Positions 1 to 14,987 of a stretch of 64,000 nt of DNA are shown one piece after another. Numbering within the stretch: the stretch's first letter is position 1; each line of letters starts with the position of its first letter. Made by a program: the position numbers and the translations under genes. The stretch is taken from the NCBI RefSeq assembly GCF_000181795.1, contig NW_003526945.1, forward strand, positions 1,771,836 through 1,835,835, given 5' to 3'. Below the pieces are notes generated by a model that saw nothing but the letters and a program-made list of their open reading frames with translations, was not told the origin of the DNA and ran no database searches. This DNA comes from Trichinella spiralis. Its lineage: Eukaryota.

Positions 1-1489
1 CTTGATCAATTTGTCACAATGTTCCGGGAGTATATGAAGGAAGAGTAATTTGTGGCTTAGTCTATTTTGTAATTGCTAAGCATCAAAGGGTATGTCCGGG
101 CTTTTTGAAAGTCGTAATTTTTATATTGTGCGAAAATGATTTCCTATTGATCAGATAATTTAAAGAATCATTTCAAACATAGTCGCACGTTTCATGAAAG
201 GGTATTTGCCGAGATATTGCTAGAAACCTTGCATGATGATGCGATTTTAGTAGGAGCAATGGAAAAGGAAAACAAACAAGCGATCAAGATAATACGGAAA
301 ATAATTGAATTCTATAAATATTTATACAGAAATTACGACGAAAATTGCATTATATTGAAGTCGAAATAAAATATAATTAAAAATGAAAGTTAACTAAATG
401 TGCATATGTAATGGTGTCATTAATCTTTACAATTAAACTATGAGTGTTTTAACCCGTAAGAAAAAATTTTATTTTAATATTGTTCCTGAATTTTTATTGA
501 ACTACAGGAATTTTCAAAATTAACAACCTTTTTTTATCGAAAATTTTTCTTTTATTGCAATTGAGAGAAAAGAATTTTCCAAAATTATTACATTTGAAAG
601 CTTTTTTCGTGCAATATGCTAGCATTTTTTTCTATTAATTACAAATTCTCAAACCAGTAACTTTATCTAATTTCTTGAAAAACTGTCGATTGCAAGTTGT
701 TGAAAATTGACATACCTAAAACTGACACAATTGCCTGCAATAATCATAAAATCATTTTACAGCATGCCGTAGTTGTTGATAAGCATGGAATAAATTTCTG
801 CGTCCAAACTGTTGGATACCTCTAAGGATTTGAACAAATACCATGTGTAAATCCAATAGTTTGACATGAGTTGAGAATTTATTTAATTACAAAGCTTTTG
901 CAATGGAATGTAGTGATGATGAATTAAGTAACTGCATTATTCTAACATGCCTCTGCGAGACATAAATTGCAAATTTTCTTAATTCTGCCTAAATTATGAA
1001 TACTTAATTCATGAAAATTAGATGCAATAAGCGTCATCCACCAGTATAATGTAAAATCAACTTATCAATAAACATGTACTACAGAAGAAATAGATACAGC
1101 TTGAAAAATATTTTTGCAATTGCAATAAAAATGAACTGATACACTTCAAATAAAACTCCATGCATAAATCATCAGTCAAATAACTTCCAATGATCGAATT
1201 AATTTCTTGATTGCTGTACTTTAATACAAGCATAGAACATCAAACAAGAGGAAGCACCGAGTCCAATAATATGTGAAATTAAAACTGCAAAACGTCTTTT
1301 CTCATCTGGGTCAACATTCACTCTGCTTTCGTCATCGTACGTTGAAAAAATACTTGTCATTCGAAGGTGAATACGCCGTTAAAAACGGTGCGGACTGATT
1401 ACTGCATGCTTTCTGAATGTCTCAAATTAAGTGACTGAAGTCAGTTTTGGTAAAGCAATTATTTCCCAATATTTCCAAGAACTGGAAAA

Positions 1490-4400
1490 CTAATGATCCG
1501 TAAAATATGCCATGTCAACAATACAATGTGAATTGTACAACGTCAGTACAATATTCGAAAAAATGGTCTCAATATTTGTCAAGTTCAGCTGCTCGGATGT
1601 GATCGCTTGCAACGTAAATTGCACGCTTGCCGTGTAACAACGTCCTGCACGCTCTCGGAGCAACTGTGTCAACACATCCTGCGGTAAGATGTCATTGGCA
1701 AGACTGACGCACAATCCAAAAGGGTGTATGTTGTTCAGATGCTTCAACAAACATTTCAACAGCTCACAAAGAAGTCCAAATCTTAAAATAAAATATTTCT
1801 GCAAAAATCAAAATAAATAATCATCTTATTTTAAGTCTGAAGTTTAACAAATATTCTTTATGCATATATATATACTTTGGAGAAATTGAAGAATTCTGAA
1901 ATAAGTTCCAAAACCACTGAACGACAGTGTATCGGTCGGTGGCGTTCACTTGCGATATAATATCATAAAGACGTTTAATATGGAAATCGAATCCAGGATT
2001 TGAATTGTCTGAAGTTGACTGAAACTTGTCAGTACACAAATGCAGGCACAGCATCAAATACAACGTGCACAACTGTTCATCAGCACCGCTGAAACACAAA
2101 TCGAAAAAATAAAAATGATTTCGTGGTAGAATTTTCGCTGTTTTCACTCATATTCTAAATTATTTCAATTGTCATGTTGCCTGCCTTCTGCATGTTTAGC
2201 CTTTTTATACTGCAGTATATGTCTTTTGAATTGATTAGTTTACACTGAAAGTGAGTGATACAATAAAAATTGGAATAAAACGTTAAAACAAACAGCCAAT
2301 AAAAACTGCACTGCGTTAAAGTTGGAAAAAATTTTCAACAATATCCCAGGTTCAATTGAATAATAATACAAAAAAAGATGAATATTAAACAAATGTTATA
2401 TTCATTTAAAAAAAATACCTTGCTAGCATTGAAGCAAATACGTCCAACACAAAACGGGTCAAAGTTTCGTCGTGTAACCGCTTTGATTGATAGAGCATGA
2501 TCAAGTAAAGAGAGTAGTAACATTTTCTCTGATAACACGAAACAATGTCCCACTGTCTTTGACACTCTGCAGGTAAATGCGACATTATCCGCTTCCAAGA
2601 GACCACAGTTGCATCTGTAATTGTTGTGATTCAATTTGATCATTTTCATCCTTTCCAACTCACCCACATACAAATACACACAGACACACAAATGCTTACC
2701 AGAAAATGGCCGAGTAAAGTAAGATTTTATGCAAATTTCAGAAAATGCGAACAATGCTGGGTTGTTGAACGTGTGTTCAGTCAACAAATGGAAAATGACG
2801 CACAGCAATGAATACGCGTTCGCAGTAGTGGACCATTCTTCGACAATCTTCTCCATCACATCTGCAAAATGGAAGTGAAAAAAAGTCAAATATTGCAAAA
2901 GTGAGCAAGTTTTATCACTTCACCTTGCAAACTTTCGCACTGCAAGTCCAGCACATCAACTAGGACCTTCATTGGAAGCATGAACAAAAATTTTCCCAAT
3001 TCCGGGTGAACGGACTCAAATGCATCTAAAACAAACAAACAACAAATAATTTCAAAAATTTAAAATACAAAAAAAAATAAATAATTTTTTCATTTTTATT
3101 CTAATCTGCCAATTGTTTACCCGTTACAGCACCGACGTCCCGTAACAAGTCAATCCAGCTGATTCTCAGCTGGTTGTAATCCAGACTGTTTTTGCAGCGT
3201 TGATCACAGTGCAGCTGATAGATCATCTTCAATCTGAACCGTACGAAAACATCCCATTTGGTGGAACAGCTGACTGATGGAACAGTGGAAAGCATACATT
3301 GACAGCATGAAAATCGCGACAACAATCTGAAGTCGATCAAATTCTCTCTCTTCAGTTGGTATTTGAAAGCAATAAGTTCAACCTTACTGCAATAAAGAAA
3401 CCGACGAATCGAAACAATCGAGCTCATCATATGTGCAAATGTTTTTGCTCTGCTGTGACGACAATTGTGACAAAATATCAGCAAAATCTTGAAATTGCAA
3501 TGAACAACTGCTGACTTGAAACAAACGAATCAAAAGAGTTCTGTAGCTGCCTCTGCATCTCTGAAATGGAACACAACTCCGCAGTGCAGAGAGTAATATG
3601 ACTAATAAATTGAAGGAAACAAAGAGAAACATTTGTCGACATTTCGCTAACTGAAATAAAATATAAAATACCTCGTGATGTTCAGGTTTGAGGCAAGAAA
3701 TCAATATCCAAATTGCCTTGGCTAAAACTGCACTGCGTTTCGAAATATCCGTACAGTCGGTGGAGAAAGTTTCAAAAAACGTCGACCAAGGAAGCTGAAC
3801 AATCAACGCGGTGTACTGTGAAATGTCCAAAGAATCATCCATCTCATTGGATATTGTCTACAAAAAAATAAAACTGAAAATATAATTCCATCATCAAGAC
3901 CACAAACCAACAAAAATACCTCAGCCAATTTGGAAATAGTCTGTTCGTCCAAATTCCACTGCGACCAATCGAACGAGCAAAGAAATCGCCCAGTCACATC
4001 GACAAACGGATAATATGGATTCTTTTTCAAAATGACCGATAACAGGAAATCGAAGATCATTTCCTGATACATTGAAACATACTGTTGCCTGTAGTCTAAG
4101 CAATAAAATACAGATGAATAAACTGAGCAGAGGGTGGAAAATTTTCAACAGCAAACAAATACATACTGGTGGTAACAGAGATGTAAGTTTTGGCGAAGCA
4201 TTCACAAAAGAGATCGCACAACTTTCCAACTGTATGCTCGTTTTCGATCAGCCATTCCTGTACATGTTGATCCAAGCTGTCATCTTCAGGGGTCCACCAC
4301 AAATTGTAAAATCGCACAAAAAATTGAAACAATTCAAAACAGACTACAACATCAATTTCAATTTGAAACGATGAATCAGTTACAAAAAAGAAAATCAAGT

Positions 4401-7400
4401 ACAATCTTCGTCGGGCGGTGGGTCGGATGGAAGTGGAGCCCATGGGCCGTCGTTGTACAAGCCCAGTTGTAGAAGCTTCAAAATTGCCACTGCCATTTCG
4501 CTGTAATGCGTGATCATCGTCAAACGTTTGGTGCAATTGCCATGCCGTTTTAACCACTCGCTCTTGTCCAACAGAATGGAAATAACCGTTGAAAACGGCC
4601 AACACTGAAGAACCCTTGCAATGTCGTCGATCAGCGGCGCACTATCCAGAGGATGCGCTTTGGAATTTGAAAATTTTGCAACAGTGAGCAAATTGTTCGC
4701 CAAATCGAGCAACAATGGATGACTAAATTTGGGATCGTAAACTGAAAATTGCGAACAGATTAGAAAACATGGTCGAAGGAAAAAGAAAAAAAATCCGCCC
4801 TTCTCTTACCCACGACAACCGCATCGAGTACACGTTCCAGCTTATCCGGAAAGCAAAGCAGGGCCGAGCGCAGCCACCAGTCACGAAATACCTGCAAAAC
4901 AACAACACTGTCGAAACTTTTACACCGTTCATTGGGGCAAACAGGCGAGAGGGAAAAAATACAGGCTAACAACTAACTAACAGCTAGCAAAGGTGATCTG
5001 CTGTGATCGGGCATTTGCCGCGCACCGGCCAACAAGCAGCACGCCTCCAGAACAGACTGATTAATTTCAACAAGTACAACTGAATGCACCTTTCTCAGCT
5101 GCGACCACATTTCTTCGGAAATCTACAAAGCAAACCAAACAAAATAACATAATAATTGCATTGAAAAACACAACAACAATATAAGAATCGAATTTTAACA
5201 GTACCAAATTTTGCAAGATGCAAATTAACGCCTCAACCAACGCATCATCAACATCGTACGCAAGAGATGTCAAAGTTGTCACTTTTTTAACAATCAGCTT
5301 CAAAATTTCACATACTGAAATCGCGGGAAATGACCACCAGCTCAAGAGAGAATCTTTGTAGAAGGTGAATTTTTCCAAATTGTCCAACAGAACGCCAACG
5401 TACGAAATTGCGACCGCAAAATGGTCCTCAAGGCAAGCCTGAAATTGAAAATGGAAAGGATACTGTTGTTTCACAATTTTAATAAATTCATACTTTGAAC
5501 AGAGTATTGTAGGCCAATTTTCCAAAAACAGCATTCACAAAATAATGATCAGTGTCCGTGAAGTTTTCCAACTTTTGGCGGCAAAACGTTTCTATTCCAT
5601 TCACAATTGGAAGAAGATCTTCATCGGCAACAGATACGCCACTGTCCAAAGCGTTGCCTAAATTGCTGAACAAATGATAATTACAAACAGCAGTGCCAAA
5701 AGTGAACAACATAATGATAATAATAATAATAATTGAAATGAGAATAAGAAATCATCTCCGACTAAATACCAAAACAAACGATCCAAATGCACGCCTGCTG
5801 CTGTGATTATACTGGACACTTGCTGACTGAGAAACAATTCAACGTGCATTTTCATCTGATCCCAACATTCGTCCAGTTGATTCCTCATCGTTTCATCAAG
5901 ACAAGCAGTGGACAGCTGAAAGAATATTTGAACAGAGAAAATTCAAATAAAAACTGCCAAATTGATTGACAAAACAACAAACAAACTGTTCTCATACATT
6001 CACCGTCTCGATGCGCGATTTTCCACACTTTCGGTTAAACAAACCGACGCAATTGAATTCTGCTTCAACCTTCAAACCAAAAACCGCTCACAAATTCATG
6101 CAGATAATCAAAATACTGCCGTTTACCTGCACGTTGGTCGTACGATAAAGACGACGGACATTTTCAACGACAGCTTTCTCCAATTTCAGCATGTCATCTC
6201 TGCTTTGTTTAAAACCACTGCAAAAAAGCAAAAGCAACCAAATATGCACTATTTTTTTTGCAAAGTTCACAACAAAAAACACAATTCACTTGTATCTTTC
6301 GAACAGATTTGCCACAGCTCGATGCAATGTAGAAAAGTAAGCTGAATATTGTTCAGGCAGACGTTCCACCGCAAGATGTTCGTTCTTTTCAACAAACGCC
6401 AAAACTTCATCATACAGAAGATCGCCAACTGTCGTGGCTGCTGTTGTTGTTGCTGTCCAATGGTCACGGTCAGTGAAAGTTAATGATACTAGCTGTGTCG
6501 GTGCTGAAGCGTCTGAGTAAACGGATTGCCAGGCATCATCTTGCGGAACAGCAGACTTCACTGCAACGATATCCAACGATGTTCCCAAATTCGAATTCGA
6601 TCTAGCGTCTCGCACAGACTCTGCAAAACAACGCTGCACCGCTGCTCTGAATTCAGCATCTTCATCGATCTGAACAATAAAAATGCAAATGAAAAATCAA
6701 AAATAATCAAAGAGATTTTCTTATTTAAAAATATCGAGTACAATGGACTGTGCAGGGGTGGACCACTCATCAATTCTCACTTCTCTGAAAGAAATAGAAT
6801 AAAGTAAAATTAAAAAAATTATTAATTGAAATATAATTTACCTAGAAACGACGGGATGAAATTTATCGAATAAATTTTTGCTGCTCAAGTAAAGGTCGTG
6901 CAATTCTGAGGCGCGGTTTCCCAGATTGCTGAAATAACAAATAACTAATTGCCTCAGTGATACTCGGTCTGCTAGTGTACGTACGTGCAGCCGTGGTTTT
7001 TCAAATTGTCAAAAATTGTCACAAATTCAAACAAAGCTTTCACACGAAGCGGATGATTATGCTCTACTGATGTAGAATACAATAGCCATTCTTGCAAAAT
7101 CTGCTTCCACCGCTCGACATCAGATTCACAAGATTCCTCAAATAGGAAAAAATGCATGAAAGCATGCCAATAAATATATCCACTCCATTACTTCAGCTGG
7201 ATTTGGAAAGGCGATCGATTGTCTAGCTTTGATCAAAACAAAAGCAAGCCAGGGGAACTGAGCAAAACGAGTTTTCAAATTTTCACAACTCGCTTGCAAG
7301 CCAAGCTGATCTGAAAGCCAATCCATGATGCGGCAAACCAACGACAGTTTTACACTTTCCTTAAAAAACATAAAAATCAAACATACGAACTGTTTTTGAA

Positions 7401-10400
7401 CATGTAAATTCTTCAAGTAAACGACGCAATTGGAACCTTTTCCAAACGGACGTAAACCTCTTCCACTGGATTCAATTTGCCAGTTAAAAAGACCGACGCC
7501 AACACCAGCCCGTCCATGATGATCAATTTAGCCGACTCATTCCAACGCAATGGATACAAGCCACGCAGTGCAAAAATGATCGCCAAAATTGCCTGCGACA
7601 CTCTGCTATTGTCTATTGTCGTCGTTGACCAATTGACTAAATTCTGCAAGCAATAAACAATGTAACCAACAACATAATAAATTTTCTTCACAGGCCAACC
7701 CAAATCACAGTGCACAAAAATAATGCACACTGCTCACTGTTGTCGTATTTCCCTTGCAGCAGCGAAACAATAAAATCGCATATTCTGAAAAATTCACACA
7801 ATTCATTATTAACAAGAATAAATATACTATTAATTTTAAAAAAAGAAACACAAATCGGCATATTTTCACATTTCATATATTATTTCTGTGGAACTCACTT
7901 TTCTATATCCGACTGCAATGAATCATCATCACTGCATTCATTACTGCGAACAATTTCAGACAGGCATTTCCCCAAACACAAATTTATAGCATGAAATTGG
8001 CACTTATTTAGCAACTTTTGCGCCACACCAATCACCGTACCAATATCACTGAAATGCAATAATATATCTACCAAGTTACATACATACATATATACATACC
8101 AAACTGGTTGCATTAAAGATCGCAAATACTGCTCAAATAATGTCACATTCTCTTCCTGATTGAAACAAACATCATTCATGTCGAAAGTGTCAAATGGAAG
8201 TCTGTCGGCAACTTTCCAACACAATTTTTCAATATCCGCACTCTGTGAGAAAATAAAATAAAATATGTCTCAGTTTAGTTAATCAAGCAATCAATCAATC
8301 ACACCTGATCGGTACGGTACAATTCCACGAGCAAGGTAACAATTCGACCGGCCATATTGCGCTCAACGTTGTATCCATTTTGCCAGTTTACTTTCATCAA
8401 AATTGCACTAGCCAATTCAAATTTCACGTTGTTGCTGGATGACGTTTTCTTCATTAAAACCAAGCGGATAAAATTCCAAATATCCTCTCTCAGTTCTAAC
8501 GTGTCCAAATCTGGCAATCGGTTAATCACATCTCGAATAATCTAAACAGCAAATAAATTAATAAAAATTAAATTATAAATAAAATTCGCAATTCACTAAC
8601 CAAACACTGTTTGTCACCATATGACATGCCAATTTCAATGAAATTGTTCACTTCGCCTTTGTGGGTTTGCAATATTTTCACCAGTGCATCTTTGGCCAGT
8701 TCACTGTCAATATTAGTCAAATGTTCTGCATGCATAATCTATAGACAAAAATTCTCACACAACTGAATTGTTTTATAATATTAAAATTACTTTAAAAATC
8801 GTCTTTATGCAAGCTGACAAAACGCTTGATTCAGAAAATTCATCAGAAATTCGAATCAACATCAACAAAGCATCGTTTGCCACACTAGTACACAAATTTG
8901 CCAATACATGAGATGTAAGATTTTCATCTGAAACAAATAAAAAAATAATAAACTGTTTCAATTATTTTCAACTTGAAATAATAATATTTTCAAAACAATT
9001 CATTCAAATTATATTCACTGCTGAAATTCTTACAAGTGATCAACTTTTACCCTGGTAAAATATGTCGACCGCTGTTAAGTTTTCATCATGTTCCAATAGA
9101 CTGCGACCATCAGCATACAAGAACATCAGCAAAGCTTGAATGCATCTAGCTGATAAGTGTTTGATAGGCAAAGTAAGTGCAATCGACATCATCAACGATC
9201 TGCATTATATACACAAGTATGTATGTGAAATTCAGCGTCTAAAATTTTGCAAACTCACTGATTGACAGAAAATAGCTGACCAAAAACAATCAAAGCAACA
9301 CTGTCTAATCCTTTTTGAAAAAACTCGAAATCAGTCAACGTTGGATCACTGCTGATCAGGTAAAAATAAATCTCATTATACACCGTTCTAAAATAAATTT
9401 ATACAATGTAATAAAGCATACGTAGAACAATGATTTTCCAAAAGCTTCTCAACTGCACAGCTGTAAGAATTTTTGCACTGAAAAAATAAAATAGATACAA
9501 CCTCATGCCATTGCCATATTCTACAAGAATATCTTGCAGCGATCGTTCTGCAGCCTTTCTCATTCCTGACCGCAACAAATCTTCAATCATCCAAGAAGCA
9601 CAAAATAATAATTTTAAAATTTCTTTCCATTCTTAAAAAGTATCAAATTTGTTAATAAAATTTAAGAGAAAAAAACAATCTCGTCACAATTACCATAAGC
9701 TTTGCATCTTGAAATGACAAAATTGAAAAAATTCAAATAATCAAAACGTTTCAAATAGGCCAGCAAAGTATTCTCTTGTACAGTCTTGGCATATTTTGCC
9801 TACATTTAAATTAAGAAAAATAAAATTAAATAAATAAATAAATAAAAGCAATTCATTCACCTCTTCTTCTGCCAGTTTCACAATTTCCCAATCATTGTCT
9901 TCGCTTTCACCGTGTGCTGGCACAACATACTCAGTCGCATCGACCACAATACAAAGCATGACAAGGAAATATTCCACAGATTGGAAAACGTCCAACGATT
10001 CGTCAAAGAATATCGGCTGCACAATGGACGGAGCCCAAGATGTTAACTCAAGTGGAGCTTTGAGCAGCACATACAACAGCCAGCAACGATCGTCCGGCTC
10101 TGAAGACCAAAGAAATAGCTTTACCTGAAAGGGAAAACAAAAATTGAAACCAAAAAATTTCCAAAATTAATCTTTACCAGCAGTTTCAACAATCCTTTGT
10201 CATGCATAGCATCGATTTGCTGCATGGCGTACGGATATGTGCGTGCCACAAGTATGAAGCTTTTCACGTGAGATTTCAACGTATCCTTCAGCCCTGGGCA
10301 ACCGATACCGCAACTAACGGCAACAGCATCTAACCATTACAAGAAAAAGAACTTCAATAAATCGTAAATACAAAACCATAAAATATAATTCAGAAAGTTG

Positions 10401-11164
10401 CATTCTAAATACGACTTCGTTTTAAAACTGCTACTTTCAAAAATACTTTCTTAAACCTATACAACATATAATTTGAGAAATGCAATAATAATTCTACCAT
10501 CATTCGTCTTTTTCAACATTTTCTTCAACTCTTGAAAACAACAGCTAACCACTCTGCAAAAGTCGATCTTCAACTCTAATTGCAACAATTTCACACTGTG
10601 TATATTCGAAATGCAATCATTAAAAATGACTCTATTTAAATCGGAAAAATATGATTCATCTTGAATAACATCATCAAAAACAGCAGTTGTCACACTATGA
10701 TTATATGTCGTTTTGTGACCTTTCGAACAAGTACCCTTAAAAAATGAAGAAAAAAATTTTTATATTCTAAACACCACATGCGCATATATATGTTGAAATA
10801 CCGATAAAACAACTACATCTTCTTTCAATTGCCAGGCATTTTCCAAACTATACTTGTAATCGGAAAATAAACATCGCCATTTTGAATTCCACTGCAACTT
10901 CTCATTACTTATAGCAGCAAATCTGGAGTAACTTTTGCACAACTCGTCAGTATCGTGTGAACACGGTCTCAACTGCAAAGCAAAGGAAAACATTTTTTAC
11001 AAACTAAATTCAAAAAATAAAGCAATAAATCATCATACATAATCTTCATCCACAGTTTTCGCTATAGACTTAATCCGTTCAGCGTTGAGGAACGCTGAAT
11101 GGGCAAAAGGGCCGTTCGATTCTGTCATTTCCGCAATTTTCATCGTCCGATTGCGGTGAGACAT
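1490..11164 (-). CDS. EPG5: Ectopic P-granules autophagy protein 5 homolog (autophagosome-lysosome tether), very large multi-exon gene
   Basis: A chain of minus-strand exons with GT-AG introns spans about 9.7 kb. Segments resemble EPG5 as I recall it: 'LLYVLLKAPLELTSWAPSIVQP' (cf. ILRCPAGVSKWAVPFIQ), 'KFELASAILMKVNWQ' (cf. KNKLACVILEGLNWG) and 'LIVQLPWSTF'. Putative ATG at 11164 (MSHRNRTMKIAE) and stop at 1490 (..AYFTDH*). Confidence 0.7.
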
Positions 11165-12780
11165 GCATCAAAGCTCACTTCAAGCATTCTATTCAATCTA
11201 AACGAAAAGCTTCACGCATGCACGTGTTCTGAATGGTATAAGAAATATATTTTCAGTCATCTTCCATCTGCAATACATTATTCACTAAAACTCTAAAAAA
11301 TCACACATACGGAAATATATTTTATAACATGCTGAAAATAGAAATCAGAAGCATAAATCAAAAGAAAATGAAAATTGCACAAAACGTAAACAATCTAACA
11401 AATTAAAAAAGATAGCGGAAAAACTTACCAAAATTTATTTGAGGTTGTTTATATGCATAGATTGAAAACGAAAACACAACAATAATATAACTCAAAGTAA
11501 ATTACCAATTAATTAGAGAATCGCCAATTCACAAACAACCATTGGGTTAGCATTCTACTTACAACTACAGTATCCACTTTGATGTTCAAGAAACATTTAT
11601 TTTGTCATGTTATGCTACTTCAAAAACTTTTATTTTCTTTGTCAACTAAATTATGCAAAAAGTTTATGCTGATTTATGGGAGAATTTTTTAATTATTTTT
11701 CGTCTTACGATGCTTAACAAGATTTAACTATATGGTGGCTTGTTGTACGCAAAGCAATGCACTGCGTTATTTGCACAAACGATAATTGAAAACTTTGAAA
11801 ATTAAAGAAACAGTCACACAGAAAACAATAAAAAACAATAAATAAGAATGAAATTTCATATGAAATAAAAAACCAACTCAAAATTCAAGAAATTTAATAT
11901 TGAACAATCTCTGTCGAAGCTACTTCACAAACACTGCTAACCAAACAGTTTTCCGTAAAAATAACACAACTGTCAGTTAAGGAAAATTGTAGTCCAGCTT
12001 TTTAGAACTTTAATTTGAAAAGCCTTTTCAATAATTACCGATGTTATATACCGGCTATCACCTTTTGAATTTTTGTAAAAAAATATTCAAAAATTACACA
12101 CAAATAAAGAGGCAACTTCCAAATAAATATCATTCACATTCACACACTATGCAAATGCTCTGTATTTAGCTTTCTTTCCAAAGTAAAAAAAGCATCATAC
12201 ACACAAACATGAGAAAATACTTAAAAAGTGAAATAGCTTACAAGCATATAGAAGATAAACAGTAAAAATAACTCGGCAGCCTAAATGACTACTCACATAA
12301 AAGTGTCACAAATACTTAAAAAAGAGAATAAGAAAAATATCAAACATTCGTATTATGATATCATCAATGAACAACTTGCCAAAATATAAGAGAACTTAAA
12401 TTTGTATAGATGCAGTTTTTTCAATGACCACAACTTGGATGCCATATTTGTCAATCGCTGAGTAATGCGTTTAAATTCTAAAAAAACATTATTATTTCAA
12501 ACCTAGCAGCAGTAATGCAAAAAAATATGCTGGATGAATTTTAAAAATCATATAGTTCATAAATCATAATAACAAAATAAAAAGCAAATTTAAAACAAAA
12601 TTAATAAGCCATGGTAATATAACAACAGTTTTGTATGCATAAATTAAATGCTGAAACACAAATATTTAAAAATCTATTAACAATTACATTTATCAAAATG
12701 TTAAAGGAATGGAAAGAAAAAAGTTTATTCTTACAATCCACTCTGCAACAATTTTAGCTTCAGCACTCATCAGTTGTTTT

Positions 12781-14987
12781 TCATCTCATAAAAGCATATG
12801 CTTGTTTCAAAATCATTATTATCTTTACAACTTATTCCACAACAACTTAATCACATTAAAATATTAAATACAAGATTCAGAAATTACCATTTCCCACAAA
12901 TTCAGCAACCCTGTTTCATCAACAGACACCACACACAACGGTCGACTTTCACTTTCCATGTTCCAACTGAAGTCCATCACTCGTCTAGCATGACCAGAAT
13001 GGATAAACTAAACAAACACCACGTGCTAAACCAAAACAGTGCATACATAAAAACAAAAGTACTAATTTTTGAAAAAATATTCCTTAAAATTATTCATTTA
13101 TTTAAAAACTCCCAAACAACTCTAACTAAAATTATCATCTACAGGCATATCATTTGCTGTTAAAAGATAGAGAAAAAAGAAACCATACCAACAATTCATC
13201 AGGCTCCTGTTGTGCTGTAACTGCGACTTTATCGTTGATTCTTTTCACACCAGCACTACGTAAAACAAAATATTCAATTAAAAGCATAAAAAATTGAAGT
13301 GAAGCAACTGAAAGTAAAAACTGAAGTACTTCAAATTCCACAGGTAAATATTTTTATCACCACAAGACGTTGCCAGAATCGATTCATGAAATGGTGACCA
13401 TCTCACCTACAGTGTAAAAATATTTTTATTCCAGTAATTCAAAAACCTATGAAAAAAATATCAACCTTATTGACAGCGCGTGACAACCATTCTAATGTAT
13501 AAAACGGTGCTTTGAGATGACGCAAATCCCATACACTAAAAGTCTGAAATAAATTGTTATCACAAAAGCCATTTACGAACAGCAAAGCATTGTGTACCCC
13601 ATTTATCGATGACGAAGCAATCATGCAGTCAATTGTCGGGTGAAAAGCTAAACTTGTAGTTGAACTTCCATGAGCTTCAAAAGAAAACACTGGAGCGTCT
13701 GATTTCAAAGATCTTATATCCCATCTGTAAATTATAAATTTTAAATTAATATATAATAAAAGAATAATCATAAATAAACCTTAAAAAATAAAAATATAAT
13801 AAAAAGCTACATAAAAATCAATGAATTAACTTACATAAACAAACCGCCAGTATAACCAGCTGCCCCAAACTGTAATGAATTTTTAGTGCTCCAGGCGACT
13901 TCGTTTATGCCAGATGGTTTGCCCTTGGTAATGGAGTGCAATGGTGGCAATTTTCCACCATCTAAAGATTTACCATTGATATCCCAAATGCACAGATGAC
14001 CATCAATATCAGAAGAAAGCAAGTAGCCAGGATTCAAACGATTCCAAGCCAAACCACATCCTTTAGTAGTAAGACCAGTAAAATAAAGATCCGCTTGTCT
14101 GGTATTAGTCATATCTAAAATAGAAATGAACAAAACCAACGTTGTTACAGTATTTACATTATCAACACAAAACACTTACCCGAAACTGCATGAAACCCAT
14201 TGGTATCATAAAGTTCAATCTTATCCAAAGTCTGCAACGCCACAAGAGTCTGTTTTTGAGGCATCTGTTTAGAATCAAACACTTTCTGCGGTCGACTGAG
14301 ACAGTAGTCCGTAGAAATGTTGGGTGATGCAGTTAAAGAATATCTACCCCTACTTTCGGAACTGGATTCTGCTGAATAGCTTGGAGAAACCACAGTTGGA
14401 ATAGTAACTGTGGCTGACATCAATCGACCACCAATAGCTGAATCAGCAGAAATAATTAAATTACATTCCTGTGAATCTTCCTTTCTATAAAATATTGAAA
14501 CTTCAAAATCGAGTGAAAAATGTTCAACCAAAATAAACATACAGAAATACCACATCATCCGCACACTGCACCGATCTGATGCATGCATTGCAGTTGGCCA
14601 CGAAGCACTAAATAACAAAAGCAAATACATATTATTTCATTTGCGCATTTAGTAAACTTTTAAAAACTAAAAATTTTTCAACTCATCTATTATTGTTCGA
14701 TGAAAACAGAAATCTGGAAGACTAATTAAAGATTTCACATTTTTACAACTAATTAAATTATAAACATAATAAATTAAGCTAACAGAGATCATTCAATTTT
14801 CATTTTTAAAATACTCATGAAAAGATTTAAATTAGCAAAAAATCATACAACTGAAATAATTAAACGTAAGCAACAGTAGTATGCTTACAAAGTCATAAAT
14901 ATGTGGAGCAATGTGCTTCCATATTTTGAAAGAAATCATTGGAGATTCAGTTCTTAGCTTCTTTCTAATTGCAGCAGGAATCGGCAT
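12781..14987 (-). CDS. Divergent RBBP4/RBBP7 (RbAp48/lin-53/MSI1)-like WD40 histone-chaperone paralog, multi-exon
   Basis: N-terminal 'FKIWKHIAPHIYDFV' (cf. YKIWKKNTPFLYDLV), 'KGCGLAWNRLNPGYLLSSDIDGHLCIWDIN' (cf. [29 protein letters not shown]), and 'PDELL|FIHSGHARRVMDFSWN' (cf. [21 protein letters not shown]). Start codon and last exon are approximate. Confidence 0.75.
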
